Of a DNA stretch of 64,000 nucleotides, positions 63,301 to 64,000 are shown piece by piece. The translations under genes were made by a program, and so were the position numbers. Below the pieces are notes generated by a model. It saw only the letters and a list, made by a program, of their open reading frames with translations, was not told the DNA's origin and searched no databases. Source of the DNA: Octopus sinensis. Taxonomy: Eukaryota. Every line of letters begins with the position of its first letter. The first letter of the stretch is position 1. The stretch covers positions 43,648,001 through 43,712,000 of the forward strand of contig NC_043012.1 of assembly GCF_006345805.1 (NCBI RefSeq), written 5' to 3'.

Positions 63301-63460
63301 GTGAGAGTTAGAAACGGGGGCGTATTGAAAGCAGAGAAAAAAGGAAGAAGTACAAAAAGGACATGAAGGAGAATTACTCAAGAAGGGACTACGCAATCAA
63401 TTCCATGCAGCCACAATAGAAGTTGCTGGACAAAAATAGGTGGGATTGGCTGATGAAAGT
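60360..63460 (+). mobile_element. R4/Dong-clade retrotransposon with long 5' leader, 3'-truncated and decayed
   Basis: MSEPSRKGFRQLM...RWLADQARAI N-terminus, GPDGFQGYW, IPHSWII, KRGFFQGNSVSPLIF, HLLFMDDPKLF. Confidence 0.92.
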
Positions 63461-64000
63461 AACATTTTCTTGGACAATGTTTTCTCCAGTCTTACTTTCA
63501 CTTGATTTGTGATTATCTTTTGATTTTTGTCTGAATTCTTCATTTAAAACAGAGAAACTATTGGGTGATTAAAATTGTTTTGTATGATTATATGAGAAGT
63601 CATAACTTTTAGTAGTCTTTCTAAGAGTAATCCATTCGAGGTGGGGGATAAAAAGTGAGTGGTTTCTTTGGTTTTTGTTGGCATTTGAAAAAGTTTTACT
63701 TTCAGGAAAGGAACAAATTTATTGTTCTCAAGGCAAAATTTTAAATGAGTTCGCATTTTTGACAGATCAAATAAAAATTCTCTGGAGAATTTCCAATGAC
63801 TAGTTCAAATGCGTATGCAAGGGTAAAAGGACCACAGTTGTATGGGCAAACTTGGGGATTAGTAATTTGAACCTGTTGAACTGTAGGAGTCATTGTGGCG
63901 AGTAGCGTGTTGTTATCTGAGCGGTTAGTTCTTGCGATACTGATAAATTTAAACTACTATAAACATAGACATCTCCGAAAAAATTGCTCCCATAAAATAA

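Overview
AT-rich, microsatellite-dense eukaryotic DNA that is almost entirely repeats. The SINE families and repeat landscape suggest an octopus or other coleoid cephalopod genome (inferred from recognition, not from a search). No complete host gene, rRNA, true tRNA or CRISPR array is supported; there are only two possible spliced exons (3153-3225, 7356-7515). The window holds decayed Penelope-like elements (RT and GIY-YIG pieces), several R4/Dong and one HERO-like RLE retrotransposon, Tx1/L1-like pieces, RTE-like pieces, a Gypsy fragment, Tc1/mariner remnants and several SINE families. Most notable: (1) five hammerhead-ribozyme-like cores, two of them in opposite polarity inside a self-complementary ~420-nt unit at 21231-21650; (2) a ~600-nt non-coding element found three times and tied to (AAT)n arrays, next to TAA-associated R4/Dong elements; (3) SINE multimers joined repeatedly at the same tail-to-internal junction. 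Most long ORFs in the supplied track are microsatellite artefacts. Element boundaries are approximate and all homology calls are by eye.
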